A stretch of 63,566 bases of DNA, the filler included, from Candidatus Eiseniibacteriota bacterium (GTDB taxonomy: Bacteria; Orphanbacterota; Orphanbacteria; Orphanbacterales; Orphanbacteraceae): NCBI GenBank assembly GCA_043809585.1. It is 4 parts of 4 records of this genome, joined end to end, with 100 filler letters (N's around TTAATTAATTAA, not from the genome) between each part and the next. Parts side by side here need not be neighbours in the genome. Positions count along the whole stretch, not along the records: positions 1 to 22,047 come from JBDROZ010000035.1; 3 more parts are not named here. One strand, given 5' to 3'. Below, in pieces: positions 10,471 to 20,190 of the stretch; position 1 is the stretch's first letter; each line of letters begins with the position of its first letter. The notes under the pieces were generated by a model that saw only the letters and a list, made by a program, of their open reading frames with translations, made no database searches and was not told the origin of the DNA. Made by a program: the position numbers and the translations under genes.

Positions 10471-12468
10471 CTAGACTGCGTCCGGCTGCGCCGTCTCGTT
10501 CCACACGCGGAGGATCTCCGCCACGCTCCACGCTTGGGCGAAGCAGCCCCGCGGCGTGTGCGGGGGATCGCCGTCGAAGATTTCGCTCACCGAACCGAGC
10601 CCGTGATCTTCCAGGTGCCCGAAGAAGGGCCTGAGGAAAGACCTCGCCGACCCGGCGTTCCGGTATACCCGGTAGTGGGCCGACGCGAACGGGCCGATCA
10701 ACCATCCCCACACCGTCCCCTGGTGGTACGCCCCGTCCCGCTTGATCCGGTCCCCGCCGTACCGCCCGGCGTAAGACGGGTCCGCCCGGTCGAGAGTGCG
10801 GAGCCCCCGGGGCGTCAGCAGTTTCTTCGCGCAGAGATCCACCACCGCCTTCGCCCTCGCCCCGTCGATCAATCCGTGATGGAGGGAGACGGCGAACAAC
10901 TGATTCGGACGGATCGCCGGATCGTCCCCCTCCGGTCCGTCCAAGACGTCGAAACAGCAACGGGTCTCGGCGTTCCAGAGTCTCCCGGCCGATCGCTTCG
11001 CGCGGAGCGCCATCGCCTCGTAACGTTCCGCCGGCATCTCCAAGAGAGAGGCGAAGGCGCCCATGGAGCGGAGGGCGTTGTACCAGAGCGCCTCGATCTC
11101 CACGGGCTTTCCGGCTCGGGGCGTGACCACCCAATCCCCCGCCTTCGCGTCCATCCACGTGAGCTGCACGCCCGGCTCGCCGGCCCGGAGCAGTCCGTCC
11201 GCCGGGTCCACGCCGATCCCGTGCCTCGTTCCCCGCTCGTGCCACGCAACGATCTGCTCCAGCAGGGGGTAGAGCTCCCGGACCAGATCGTCGTCCCCCG
11301 TCGCCTCGTGATAGGCCCGCACCGCTTCGAAGAACCAGAGGGTCCCGTCCGCCGTGTTGTATTCCGGCGTCTCCCCCTCGTCAGGAAAGCGGTTCGGGAT
11401 CATGCCCCGGTCCACGTGCCTCGCGAAGGTGCGGAGGATCGATGCGGCGACGCCGGGGCGACCGGTCGCGAGGGTGAGCCCGGGGAGGGCGATCATCGTG
11501 TCCCGCCCCCAGTCGGTGAACCAGGGGTAGCCGGCGATCACCGTGCGGCCCTCCGGGTCGTCCTTCGTAGTCCGCCTCACGACGAACTGGTCCGCCGCCA
11601 GGACGAGCCGTTCGATCCCGTCCCGGTCCCCTCCGGCGGCCCCCGTGAGGGAGTCCGCGTCGGCCAGCGCCCGGCGCTCCCACGCACGCCGCCTCTCGAT
11701 CGCTGCCGTCCCCTCCGGACGGGATTCCTCCTCCGTCGAAAGGGAGAGCGTGAGCGAGTCCCCCCCGAGCATTTGGGTGCGGAAGACGCCGGCCCGGTAG
11801 AGGTCCTCCACGGGGTCTTCACCCCGGTAGGCCTCAACGGCGAAGAAATAGCCGCGATTCCATTCCGGAGCCGCTTCGGCGGCGGCCCGATCGCTCCGGG
11901 CGTACAGGGGAACGGCCCCGTCGCGGGGCGTGAACCGGAGGCCCCCGTCGACGGGGATCACCAGGCCGGGCCAATCGCCGGCCCTCGTGTTGCCGTGGTA
12001 GTCCCGGTGATTCACGAGGAGGTCGAGGGAGAGGGCCACCGGCTCGTAGGCGCGGAGAAGGGCGTACCGGACGTAGGTCGTGTTCTCTTCCGGCTCCATC
12101 CACACCCGCTTCTCGAGGACGGCGTCGGAGAAGTTGAAGGTCCATACGGGGATCGTCCCCTCGAGCCGGAACCGATCGAGCCGGCGGAACCCGGCCGGTT
12201 CGATGCCGGCCTTTCCCCGGTGATCGGCGAAGAGGACGATCTCACGGTCCTGGTAGCGGATCGTCTCGTCGAGCTTGGAGACGAGCACCGTCCGCCCGAG
12301 CGGGGGGCGGAGCGCGGCCACCAGCAGTCCGTGGTAGCGCCGGGTGAGAACGCCCGCCACCGTGCCCGACGCGAAGCCGCCGATCCCGTTCGTCCCGAGC
12401 CACTCGAGTCGGGTGGCCACCGGTCCGTCGGCGCACAGTCCCCTCGGGATGTCGATCGGTTCGGGCAT
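10471..12468 (-). CDS. Glycogen debranching enzyme (amylo-alpha-1,6-glucosidase, archaeal-type)
   Basis: EWLGTNGIGGFAS, RRYHGLL, IAGYPWFTDWGRDT, QLTWMDA, RPNQLFA, AYHQGTVW, GCFAQAWS; AGGAG SD before the ATG at 12468. Confidence 0.9.
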   Translation of the reverse strand: MPEPIDIPRGLCADGPVATRLEWLGTNGIGGFASGTVAGVLTRRYHGLLVAALRPPLGRTVLVSKLDETIRYQDREIVLFADHRGKAGIEPAGFRRLDRFRLEGTIPVWTFNFSDAVLEKRVWMEPEENTTYVRYALLRAYEPVALSLDLLVNHRDYHGNTRAGDWPGLVIPVDGGLRFTPRDGAVPLYARSDRAAAEAAPEWNRGYFFAVEAYRGEDPVEDLYRAGVFRTQMLGGDSLTLSLSTEEESRPEGTAAIERRRAWERRALADADSLTGAAGGDRDGIERLVLAADQFVVRRTTKDDPEGRTVIAGYPWFTDWGRDTMIALPGLTLATGRPGVAASILRTFARHVDRGMIPNRFPDEGETPEYNTADGTLWFFEAVRAYHEATGDDDLVRELYPLLEQIVAWHERGTRHGIGVDPADGLLRAGEPGVQLTWMDAKAGDWVVTPRAGKPVEIEALWYNALRSMGAFASLLEMPAERYEAMALRAKRSAGRLWNAETRCCFDVLDGPEGDDPAIRPNQLFAVSLHHGLIDGARAKAVVDLCAKKLLTPRGLRTLDRADPSYAGRYGGDRIKRDGAYHQGTVWGWLIGPFASAHYRVYRNAGSARSFLRPFFGHLEDHGLGSVSEIFDGDPPHTPRGCFAQAWSVAEILRVWNETAQPDAV

Positions 12469-12516
12469 GGCGCCGCTCCTCCCGCCGACCATGGTGCGCC
12501 ACGTCTCATCGCCTGT

Positions 12517-12877
12517 CTAGAATCTGTTTCATGGCCTCCTTCGTCGCGAGAGGCGGATCCGGCCATCCATGGGCGCGGGACGGCCGAGGACTTTCCTCCC
12601 AGAGAGAGCCCGCGGCGGTCGAGCGATTTCGTCGCGAGAGGCGGACTTGTCCATCCGAATGCGCGGGGCGGCCGAGGTCTTTCCTCCCAGAGAGAGCCCG
12701 CGGCGATCGAGCGATTTCGTCGCGAGAGGCGGGGCGGGGAGGCGAGAGGCCGTCTTGGACGAGGAGCGCCCGGAGGCATAGCCGAAGCTATGTCGAGGAC
12801 GCGACGAAGGAAAGGGGGCCTCGCAGCCCCCCTACACGCCTCGCAGCAGAAATCGAGAGATCGTCGGGGGCGCCTAG
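12517..12877. mobile_element. Degenerate MITE-like element with an internal ~88-bp tandem duplication
   Basis: Bounded by CTAG at both ends; left end CTAGAATCTGTTTCA...CCTCCTTCGTCGCGAG resembles the 23886 element; units at about 12540-12627 and 12628-12715; central CATAGC-CGAA-GCTATG hairpin. Confidence 0.6.
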
Positions 12878-13401
12878 TGGGCCCCCCACTCCTGCTTGCC
12901 CCGGACATACCAACTCGGACAGAGAAATCGGAGGATGTTGGCGAACTTGCGCGCCATGCCGAGACGGCTTTCGCTCCGAGCCCGCATCTCCTTCATCTTA
13001 TCGTCGAAGAGTTCGGAGAGGTACTCGTCCGCGGCCTTGTTTCTAGCCTCTTCCGAGTCGAAAAGCCGGCGGATCTTGGACAGTTCCCCATGGTCGAGCC
13101 AGTACCCGGCGCAGCCGGGGCACTCGTCCACCTGCACCTCCGCTTTGACGCTGAAGAAGTGGCGCATCATGTAGACGTCCCCGCACTGCGGGCATTTCCG
13201 CCGCCGGGAGCCGTCGATCTCCGCCTGGGGATCCCTGCGGATTTTCCGGAACCAGTCCTCGCCCGGTTCGTGGGGCTCGTCCAGTTTTTCCAGCTCGAAC
13301 CGGTCGAACCAAACACCGCCGCACCCCCCATCGCAAAGGTCGAGTTCGACGCCGGCCACGGTCGTTTTCTTCAACGGGTTGCCGCAAGCAGGGCACTTCA
13401 T
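12874..13401 (-). CDS. Double zf-TFIIB zinc-ribbon protein
   Basis: MKCPAC...CDGGCGGVWFDRFEL and KCPQC...CPGCAGYWLDHGEL. Confidence 0.85.
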   Translation of the reverse strand: MKCPACGNPLKKTTVAGVELDLCDGGCGGVWFDRFELEKLDEPHEPGEDWFRKIRRDPQAEIDGSRRRKCPQCGDVYMMRHFFSVKAEVQVDECPGCAGYWLDHGELSKIRRLFDSEEARNKAADEYLSELFDDKMKEMRARSESRLGMARKFANILRFLCPSWYVRGKQEWGAH

Positions 13402-13523
13402 GATCGTCTCCCCTTTTCGTGGAATCCGGTGGGGCGGTCCCCAACCCTCGGGCGGGCCCCCCTTTCTCCGAGTATCGGCAGCGGGTCGGGGCGCGTTGAG
13501 CGCGGGGAGAGAGGGACCGGGAA

Positions 13524-14570
13524 TCAGGATCGGAAGGGAGCCCATGCGGGATTACTCGTGAACTCTTTTTCCATCAACAACTTGCGATCGTCGGGAAGCC
13601 AGGAGGATCGGAGGGCGCCGAGGACGACGCGGCCGATCTCGGGGGGGGTGAATCCGAGATCCCGGGCGAGAAGGGCGTATTCGAGCGGGAGACTCGTTTG
13701 GAACATCTTCGGGTCGTCCGTGCTTACCGAGACCGGGATTCCCCGGTCGTAGAACCGCCGCGCCGGATGATCGGCGATCGAGGGGACCACGCCGGTCCGC
13801 ACGTTCGACAGGGGACAAAGCTCGACGGGAATTCCCTCCGCGGCGAGGTGATCGACGAGGGCGTCATCCTCGGCGGCGCGGGTGCCGTGGCCGATCCGGT
13901 CGACCCGGAGGGCCCGGACCGCGCCCCAGACGCTCTCCGGACCCGCCGCCTCGCCGGCGTGGGCGCTCGTCCGGAATCCCCCCCGCCGCGCCTCCTCGAA
14001 GACGCCGGCGAAAGGTTCCGGGGGGAACTCGTGCTCCGAACCGCCGATGGTGATTCCCACGACGCCGTACTCCTTCAGTTCCGCGAGCTCGCGGAGAATG
14101 CGCGTTCCGTTCTCCGGCCCCCGATCGCGCACGAGGTCGGCCACGAGGGCGACCTCGATCTCCTTCACCCGGGCGAGGCCGATCCGGATCGCCTCGGTAA
14201 TGGTCCCCGTGTCGAGGCCGTGGCGGAAGAAGTCGGAGGGGGAGAAGATGACCTCCCCGTAGCGCACGTTCCGGGCCGCGAGATCCCGCGCCGCCCCTTC
14301 GGCGATGTGAGTGAAGTCCTCGGCCTCCCGGAGGAAGCCGTTCTTCCACACCCAGGTGTCGATGAAGTGGGGAAAGTCGCGGTAGGTGAAACGGCTCTCG
14401 AGGGAACGCCGGTCGGAGACCGACGGATCGCCCCCGTACTTGCGGATCAGCTCACCGAGAGTGTCCAGAGGGATCGCCCCCTCGAGGTGGATGTGCAGCT
14501 CCGCCTTCGGGAGCGCTTCGTAGGGAGCGAGGTCGGGCTCGGGTAGAGGGTCCGGGCGCCCGCCGCTCAC
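13524..14570 (-). CDS. add: Adenosine/adenine deaminase
   Basis: LPKAELHIHLEG, AHAGE, RIGHG, STDDP motifs; GTG start inferred. Confidence 0.9.
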   Translation of the reverse strand: MSGGRPDPLPEPDLAPYEALPKAELHIHLEGAIPLDTLGELIRKYGGDPSVSDRRSLESRFTYRDFPHFIDTWVWKNGFLREAEDFTHIAEGAARDLAARNVRYGEVIFSPSDFFRHGLDTGTITEAIRIGLARVKEIEVALVADLVRDRGPENGTRILRELAELKEYGVVGITIGGSEHEFPPEPFAGVFEEARRGGFRTSAHAGEAAGPESVWGAVRALRVDRIGHGTRAAEDDALVDHLAAEGIPVELCPLSNVRTGVVPSIADHPARRFYDRGIPVSVSTDDPKMFQTSLPLEYALLARDLGFTPPEIGRVVLGALRSSWLPDDRKLLMEKEFTSNPAWAPFRS

Positions 14571-14628
14571 CTCGCTGGCCGCCGGTCGTTCATCGTCTTC
14601 CTCCTCGCGAGAAGTGAAGAGAGCCCGC

Positions 14629-15501
14629 CTACTCCCGGGGGGGGGAGGAGAGTCCTTTCGTGAAAGCCGAGAGTTCCGCCATGGTCGAACCCACATACAG
14701 AGCGGGGTGGGGCTCGAGATCGAGGACGCCCACCCGGGACCCGCCGACCACGAGACTCGCCCCTTCCCTCTCGAGAAGTTCGAGGAGATGGGCGAGGGTC
14801 CGGACCAGTTCTTTCGGCCGTTCCGCGACGCTTACGCTCATCCACGCGAGACGCGGGCGCACTTGTTCGACGGCGGCCTCGAAGGCCGCCCGCGGCGTAT
14901 CGGGGCCCAGATTGACCGCGTGAAACCCGTCCGCGGCGAGCACCGCCGCCGTGCCGAGAGTAGGGAGAAGATAGGGGTCGCCCGCGGGCGCGCCGCCGAG
15001 CGCCCGGGGCGCTTCCACGCCCACCGGGAGGAGGAGGCGGAGCTGGCCCAGCGCCTGGATGCACAGATCGGTGGCCCGGTGCTCGATGAAGATCCCTTCT
15101 CGGCCCTGCTTCCACTCTTCGCCGATCTTCTTCATCGCCGAGCGGAGGGGGCCGTCGATGAGCGAGGCCACGCTCCGCCCGCCGAGGAAGAGGGAGAGGA
15201 GCAGGCCGCGGGTCTCCGCGCCCAACCCGTCCGTCAGGTAGCGATGCAGATCCGCTTCCTCGTCCGCGGGGGGCCCGCCGCCGGGAACGGCGAGAAGGTC
15301 CCGAAGGCCGAGCACCTCCGGTTTGACCACCTGGGACCGCGACTCCCGGATGAAGCGGATCACCTCGGCGATCGGGATGCGCCGGTGCCCGCCGGCGGTT
15401 CGGGCGACGCGGATTCGGCCGTCGTCCGCCCATCTCTTGATCGACGATTCGCTGACGCCGATCGCCTCGGCCAGTTCTCTTGGTGAAAGCATGGGCTTCA
15501 T
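14629..15501 (-). CDS. MerR/excisionase-type HTH plus B12-binding-like domain regulator (CarH/LitR-like)
   Basis: N-terminal HTH (GVSESSIKRWAD...TAGGHRR), W-x9-EH motif (WKQGREGIFIEH), Rossmann-like NLGPDTP and VVGG. Confidence 0.75.
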   Translation of the reverse strand: MKPMLSPRELAEAIGVSESSIKRWADDGRIRVARTAGGHRRIPIAEVIRFIRESRSQVVKPEVLGLRDLLAVPGGGPPADEEADLHRYLTDGLGAETRGLLLSLFLGGRSVASLIDGPLRSAMKKIGEEWKQGREGIFIEHRATDLCIQALGQLRLLLPVGVEAPRALGGAPAGDPYLLPTLGTAAVLAADGFHAVNLGPDTPRAAFEAAVEQVRPRLAWMSVSVAERPKELVRTLAHLLELLEREGASLVVGGSRVGVLDLEPHPALYVGSTMAELSAFTKGLSSPPRE

Positions 15502-15626
15502 CGGTTCTCCATGAACGATTTGATCTCTTCGAACGTTTCCGAAGAGCCGCCACCCTTGCCCGCAACAGCAGTCATGTTACATGATTTCACAAGAAATGTA
15601 AGGGGGCGTCTCTCTTGATCCCCCAC

Positions 15627-15655
15627 TTGACAACAGACCAAGTGATTGTCATCTT
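15627..15655 (+). promoter_or_regulatory. Candidate promoter with overlapping inverted repeat (possible operator)
   Basis: TTGACA-17 nt-CATCTT with TG extension; TGACAA-12 nt-TTGTCA dyad spans the spacer. Confidence 0.45.
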
Positions 15656-15844
15656 GGACGTTATGAACGAATCAATCGAAGAAATGGTCATGAGAATCGG
15701 TCCTCCGGCCGCGTGGAACCCCCTCTCACTCGGCCTTCCCTCGGCCCTCTCACCGCCTTTCTCATGAGACGTGGTACAGTCAAGGGCGAGGCCGGCGTTC
15801 CGAGCTACCTTCCGACCGCCCCCCTCATCCCGGAGGCATCTCCC

Positions 15845-17377
15845 ATGACCATGGGCCGACAACCGGTGGCTTCGTCCGATCGCTCGGTCTACGTGACCGG
15901 CGCGACCGGCTACATCGGAGGGCGGTTGGTCCTCCGGCTCCTCGAAGCGGGCCATTCAGTCCGATGCCTGACCCGGCAACGGCGGAAGCTCGAGAGCCGG
16001 TCGTGGTACGGCGATCCCCGGGTCGAGATCGTGGAGGGGGATGCCGGCGACCGGGCGATCCTCCGGACCTCGCTCCGCGGCTGTTCCGCCGCCTACTACC
16101 TCGTCCACTCCATGATCGTGGCCGGCGGCGAATACGCCGATCGGGATCGGGTGATCGCGGAGGTCTTCGGGTCCGCCGCCGCCGAGGCGGGGGTCGGGAG
16201 GATCATCTACCTCGGCGGTCTCGGGGAGACGGGGGCGGGCCTGTCGGAGCACCTCGAGTCCCGCCGCGACGTGGAGCACGCCCTGGCGTCGGGGGGAGTC
16301 CCCGTGACCGTGTTCCGGGCCGCCATGATCATCGGGTCCGGGTCGGCTTCGTTCGAAATCCTGCGCTATCTGGTCGAGCGCCTCCCCGCCATGGTGACGC
16401 CCCGGTGGGTGACCACCGAGGCGCAACCGATCAGCGTCTACAACGTTCTCCACTATCTGGTGAGGGCCCTCGAAGTGCCCGAGACGACGGGCCGAACCCT
16501 CGACATCGGCGGCCCCGAGATCATGTCGTACATCGAGATCATGCAGATCATGGCGGAGGCTCGCGGCCTTCGACGCCGTCTGATCGTTCCGATCCCGGTT
16601 CTCTCGCCCAAGCTGAGTTCCCTCTGGCTCCATATCATGACGCCCATCAGCCATCGGATCGCCCGTCCCCTCGCCGAGGGCCTCCGGAACCGTGTCGTCT
16701 GCCGGGACGACGAAGCGGTCCGGCTCATCCCCCAACCTCTCTTCACGGTCCGCGAGTCGATCGAGGAGGCGCTCCGCCAGATCGCCGCGAGCCGGGTCGA
16801 GACATCGTGGAGCGACGCGGGCCCCATGCCCGGCGATCCCGATTGGTCGGGGGGGACGGTGTTCGAGAACCGGCACACCGCGACACTCCAAGCCTCGCCC
16901 GCGGCCGTCTATCGCGCGGTCTGCCGCATCGGCGGCGGGAACGGCTGGTACGCCGCCGATTCGCTCTGGAGAATCCGGGGATTCATGGACCGCCTGATCG
17001 GGGGGCCGGGGCTCCGGCGGGGGCGGCGGGACCCGGAAAACGTCCGGTACGGAGACGCCCTGGATTTCTGGCGGGTCACCGGAATCGATCCGAACCGGCG
17101 GCTCGAGCTGCGGGCGGAGATGAAGCTGCCGGGCGAGGCGATTCTGGAGTTCGTCATCGAACCGACCGAAGAGCGGCCCGGATGGAGCCGGCTCGTGCAG
17201 ACCGCGCGTTTCCTGCCGAAGGGCCTCGGCGGCCTCCTCTACTGGTACTCGGTCCTCCCCCTTCACGGCATCGTATTCCGGGGCATGCTCGGCGGCATCC
17301 GCCGGGCGGCGGAAGCGGAGGAGAACCAAACCCGGCCGGCCGTCCCTGCAGCCGCCCGCAGCAGGAAGGGGTTTTGA
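15845..17377 (+). CDS. Atypical SDR NAD(P)-binding protein with DUF2867 domain (YbjT-like)
   Basis: VTGATGYIGG, YYLVHS, IIGSGSASFEIL, IGGGNGWY, LDFWRV, AEMKLPGEA; GGAGG SD. Confidence 0.85.
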   Translation: MTMGRQPVASSDRSVYVTGATGYIGGRLVLRLLEAGHSVRCLTRQRRKLESRSWYGDPRVEIVEGDAGDRAILRTSLRGCSAAYYLVHSMIVAGGEYADRDRVIAEVFGSAAAEAGVGRIIYLGGLGETGAGLSEHLESRRDVEHALASGGVPVTVFRAAMIIGSGSASFEILRYLVERLPAMVTPRWVTTEAQPISVYNVLHYLVRALEVPETTGRTLDIGGPEIMSYIEIMQIMAEARGLRRRLIVPIPVLSPKLSSLWLHIMTPISHRIARPLAEGLRNRVVCRDDEAVRLIPQPLFTVRESIEEALRQIAASRVETSWSDAGPMPGDPDWSGGTVFENRHTATLQASPAAVYRAVCRIGGGNGWYAADSLWRIRGFMDRLIGGPGLRRGRRDPENVRYGDALDFWRVTGIDPNRRLELRAEMKLPGEAILEFVIEPTEERPGWSRLVQTARFLPKGLGGLLYWYSVLPLHGIVFRGMLGGIRRAAEAEENQTRPAVPAAARSRKGF

Positions 17378-17385
17378 AATGAGTT

Positions 17386-17730
17386 CTAGTCGATCTTCCG
17401 CGCGCCGTGACAGCGGCGGGCGATCCGGCTCCACGCCGCTTTCGAGGCGAGGTTCTCGGGCCAGAAGGGCCAGGTGCGGCACTGCTCCGGGCGGGCTTCG
17501 TAAATGGAGCAACCCTCCTCGCCCAGAAAGGGACAGGGCTTCGGGCGGGTCACCCGGATCCAGGTGCCGTCCTCATCATGGCCGTGGGTTTCACGGAACC
17601 GGGCGACGGGAATGCCCAGAGCCCTCGCGGCCGGCCGCTGTTCAGCCGGCGTGAACCGGACCCACCCGGGCTCCCGGCAGCACCGGCCGCAGCGGGTGCA
17701 GGAGAAGCGGAGCCTGCCCTTGTCGATCAT
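17386..17730 (-). CDS. YkgJ-family cysteine-cluster (CxxCxxCC) protein
   Basis: FSCTRCGRCC, CPFL, CSIYEARPEQCRTWPFW. Confidence 0.85.
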   Translation of the reverse strand: MIDKGRLRFSCTRCGRCCREPGWVRFTPAEQRPAARALGIPVARFRETHGHDEDGTWIRVTRPKPCPFLGEEGCSIYEARPEQCRTWPFWPENLASKAAWSRIARRCHGARKID

Positions 17731-19027
17731 CCGAGCCTGACCGGAACGAGGACCTTGTTCTGCCGCGGGCGCCGCCCCTCTCTCGCCATTCTCACCCACT
17801 CGCCCTTCAGCTTCACCCTCATGACGTCCGCGAGAAAGCCGCCGTCCCACTCCATGAAGGCGCTCTCGACGCCGTACAGATCGACGGGAACGCCGAGCCG
17901 CTCGAACCTGCGGATCTTCCGCTCGTCGAAGCCGCCGGTCGCCACGATTCGGATGGAACGGAAGTACTGGTCCGCCACCTCCCGGTCGGCGCCCCGGTAG
18001 CCGAGCCGGGCGGGCGCGTCGTCGAAGGCTTCGCGCAGCGTTCGGATCAGCCGGGGCGTGACCCCCGCGCCCCCCGGGGAGCCAGGGAGACGTCCACCTT
18101 CTCTTCGAGCGTGTCGACCCGCACGGCGAACAGGCGGTATCTTTCCGCCCCCTCCCGGTCGCCGGCCCGGACCCGGCGCTCGAACTCCCGGAAGAGGGTG
18201 ACCGCCGTGCGCATCGAGTCGGTGACGCAGTCGTTGTTCACGTCCACCGGCGCGATGCGCTTCACCGAAATCGGCAGCATGCGGGCGAACTGGACCGCCG
18301 CCTCCGCCGTGTCCCGGAGGAAACCGATCAAATAGGCATGGGGGACGGTGCCGCTCGCCTGCCCGCCCCAGAGCTCCGCCTGGGCGTGTGTGGAGACGTA
18401 GGGAACGACGCGCCGGGACGTCTCTTCATTGTACCGCTCGAGGCCGACCCGGTACGCGTAGCCGTCGGTCGCCTGGGTCTCGGGGATGTCGAAGCGGGCG
18501 GGGAAGAAGAAGACCGATTTCCCCCGGGCCGCGGAGAGGAGCCGATACGCGGCGGTGGCGATCCGGGTCTGGCGGGCGAGGATGCCGAGGAGCACCGTCT
18601 CGAGGTAGCCGAAGCGCCGGTATTCGCCGCGCAACACGAGGACCGGGACGCCGGGGCGGGTCTTCGTCCCTTCCGGAACCGCTTCCACAGAGAGGCACCG
18701 GCCGACCGAGCCGCGCCGGGTCCTGCCCACGCCCCCGCCGCATTCCTTGATCACCTGGAGGGCGTGGTGGACGCCGCAGACCATCGACCAGGGGCGGCCG
18801 CGGGGGACGAAGTGCATCTCCGTTTCGAGGGAGCCCACCGGCGTTCCCTGAACTCCGTACCGTCCCGGCGGCACGCGGGGGAATTGACCGGCGTACCGGT
18901 ACCTCTCCGCGACGAGTTGATCGAGGATGAGGGAGGCGTTCAGAATGCAGGCGTCCGTGTAATGCCCGGCGCGCACTCTCTCCCTGTCGTAGGGAAAAGG
19001 GGTGGGGCGGGGAGGACGATCGGCCAT
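17727..19027 (-). pseudogene. pncB: Nicotinate phosphoribosyltransferase split by a single-base frameshift (pseudogene or sequencing error)
   Basis: 5' part (18047-19027) has GHYTD, DGYA, GTVPHA, VRVDT; the C-terminal GVTPRLI...IVATGGFD...VDLYGV continues in another frame from the G run at about 18062-18066. Confidence 0.8.
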
Positions 19028-19149
19028 CGTTCGGTCTCCTTCGGCCTTGGGGGAAGGGGAACCGCAGCGAGTCGTATGCGGAGGATAGCCCCGGCGGACC
19101 CCGGAGGCAAGCCCGACCGGACGGCTTTTCTCAGGCCCCGTCGCGGGGT

Positions 19150-19408
19150 AGAATGCGAGGGCGGGGCGCCGGCGCTCCGATGGTACGGGCGGGTGATTTT
19201 TGCGCCCCGCTTCTTTACAATGACGGACGAGACCTCTTTTCCGGCAGCGATGGGGCGGGACGACGTGCCGGTCGTCCGACGGCTGATCGACGACGAGGGA
19301 GTCACGGGCGTTCCCCTTCGGGGCCGGGGCTTCGATGTCGGCAACCCGGAGGGAATCGACAGGGCCGAGGCATGGCTCGCCGGGCGGCCCCCCGAGGAGA
19401 GACCATGA
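19150..19408 (+). pseudogene. Possible C-terminal remnant of a sugar-phosphate nucleotidyltransferase
   Basis: Frame reads WYGRVIFAPRFF...DDVPVVRRL...GRGFDVGNPEG, resembling GalU-like C-termini; no N-terminal domain; stop overlaps the next ATG. Confidence 0.35.
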
Positions 19409-20190
19409 TCCACTGGACGGTGATCGGAAGCGGGACGCACATGGCGAGCGGGAGGCGCGGGTCGCCGGGGCATCTCGCGGCGGCGGGCGCCACGCGGCTC
19501 CTCGTCGACTGCGGCGCCGGGACCTTTCACGGGCTCGCCCGCGCCGGAGTGTGTCCCGAGTCGATTGACGGATGCCTCGTCACCCACCTCCACCCGGACC
19601 ACGTCGCCGACCTGGTCCCCTTTCTCTTCCGGGTGCGTAATCACGTCAAGGAGAGGGGGGAGGGGCGGCGTCTCGTGATCGCCGGTCCGGGGGGGATCGG
19701 TTCTTTCTTCCGGGAGCTCCGGGCGCTCCACGCGCCTTTTCTCGAGACGCCGAACCTCGAGATCTCGGTCCGGGAAGTCGAATCGGACAACTTCGAGATC
19801 GGCGACATCGAGGTCCGGTCGATCCCGGTTCCCCACGGCATCGACTCTGTCGCTTACTCGTGCGCCGCCCCGGATGGGAGCCGGATCGTCTACACCGGCG
19901 ACACGGGCCGCTCCGCCGAGCTGATCCGCCTCGCCCGGGGGGCGGCGATCCTCGTGATCGAAGCGAGCCTCCCCGTCGGCGGGGAGCCCGCGCCCTTTCA
20001 TCTGTCGGCCCCGGAGGCGGCGAGCGTGGCCGCCGCGGTGGAGGTGAAGGCCATGGTGCTCGTCCACCTGAACCCGGAGTCCGATGGAGTCGACCTCGTC
20101 GCCGAGTGCGGCGATCTCTTCTCCGGGAAGATTCTGGTCGGCGAGGACGGGCTCACGGTTCGGGTCGAGGGGGGGGAGCCGATTGTCTGA
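19405..20190 (+). CDS. MBL-fold metallo-hydrolase (RNase Z-like)
   Basis: IGSG, VDCGAG, THLHPDH, YTGDT, FHLS, LVHL motifs; GAGGAG SD. Confidence 0.85.
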   Translation: MIHWTVIGSGTHMASGRRGSPGHLAAAGATRLLVDCGAGTFHGLARAGVCPESIDGCLVTHLHPDHVADLVPFLFRVRNHVKERGEGRRLVIAGPGGIGSFFRELRALHAPFLETPNLEISVREVESDNFEIGDIEVRSIPVPHGIDSVAYSCAAPDGSRIVYTGDTGRSAELIRLARGAAILVIEASLPVGGEPAPFHLSAPEAASVAAAVEVKAMVLVHLNPESDGVDLVAECGDLFSGKILVGEDGLTVRVEGGEPIV

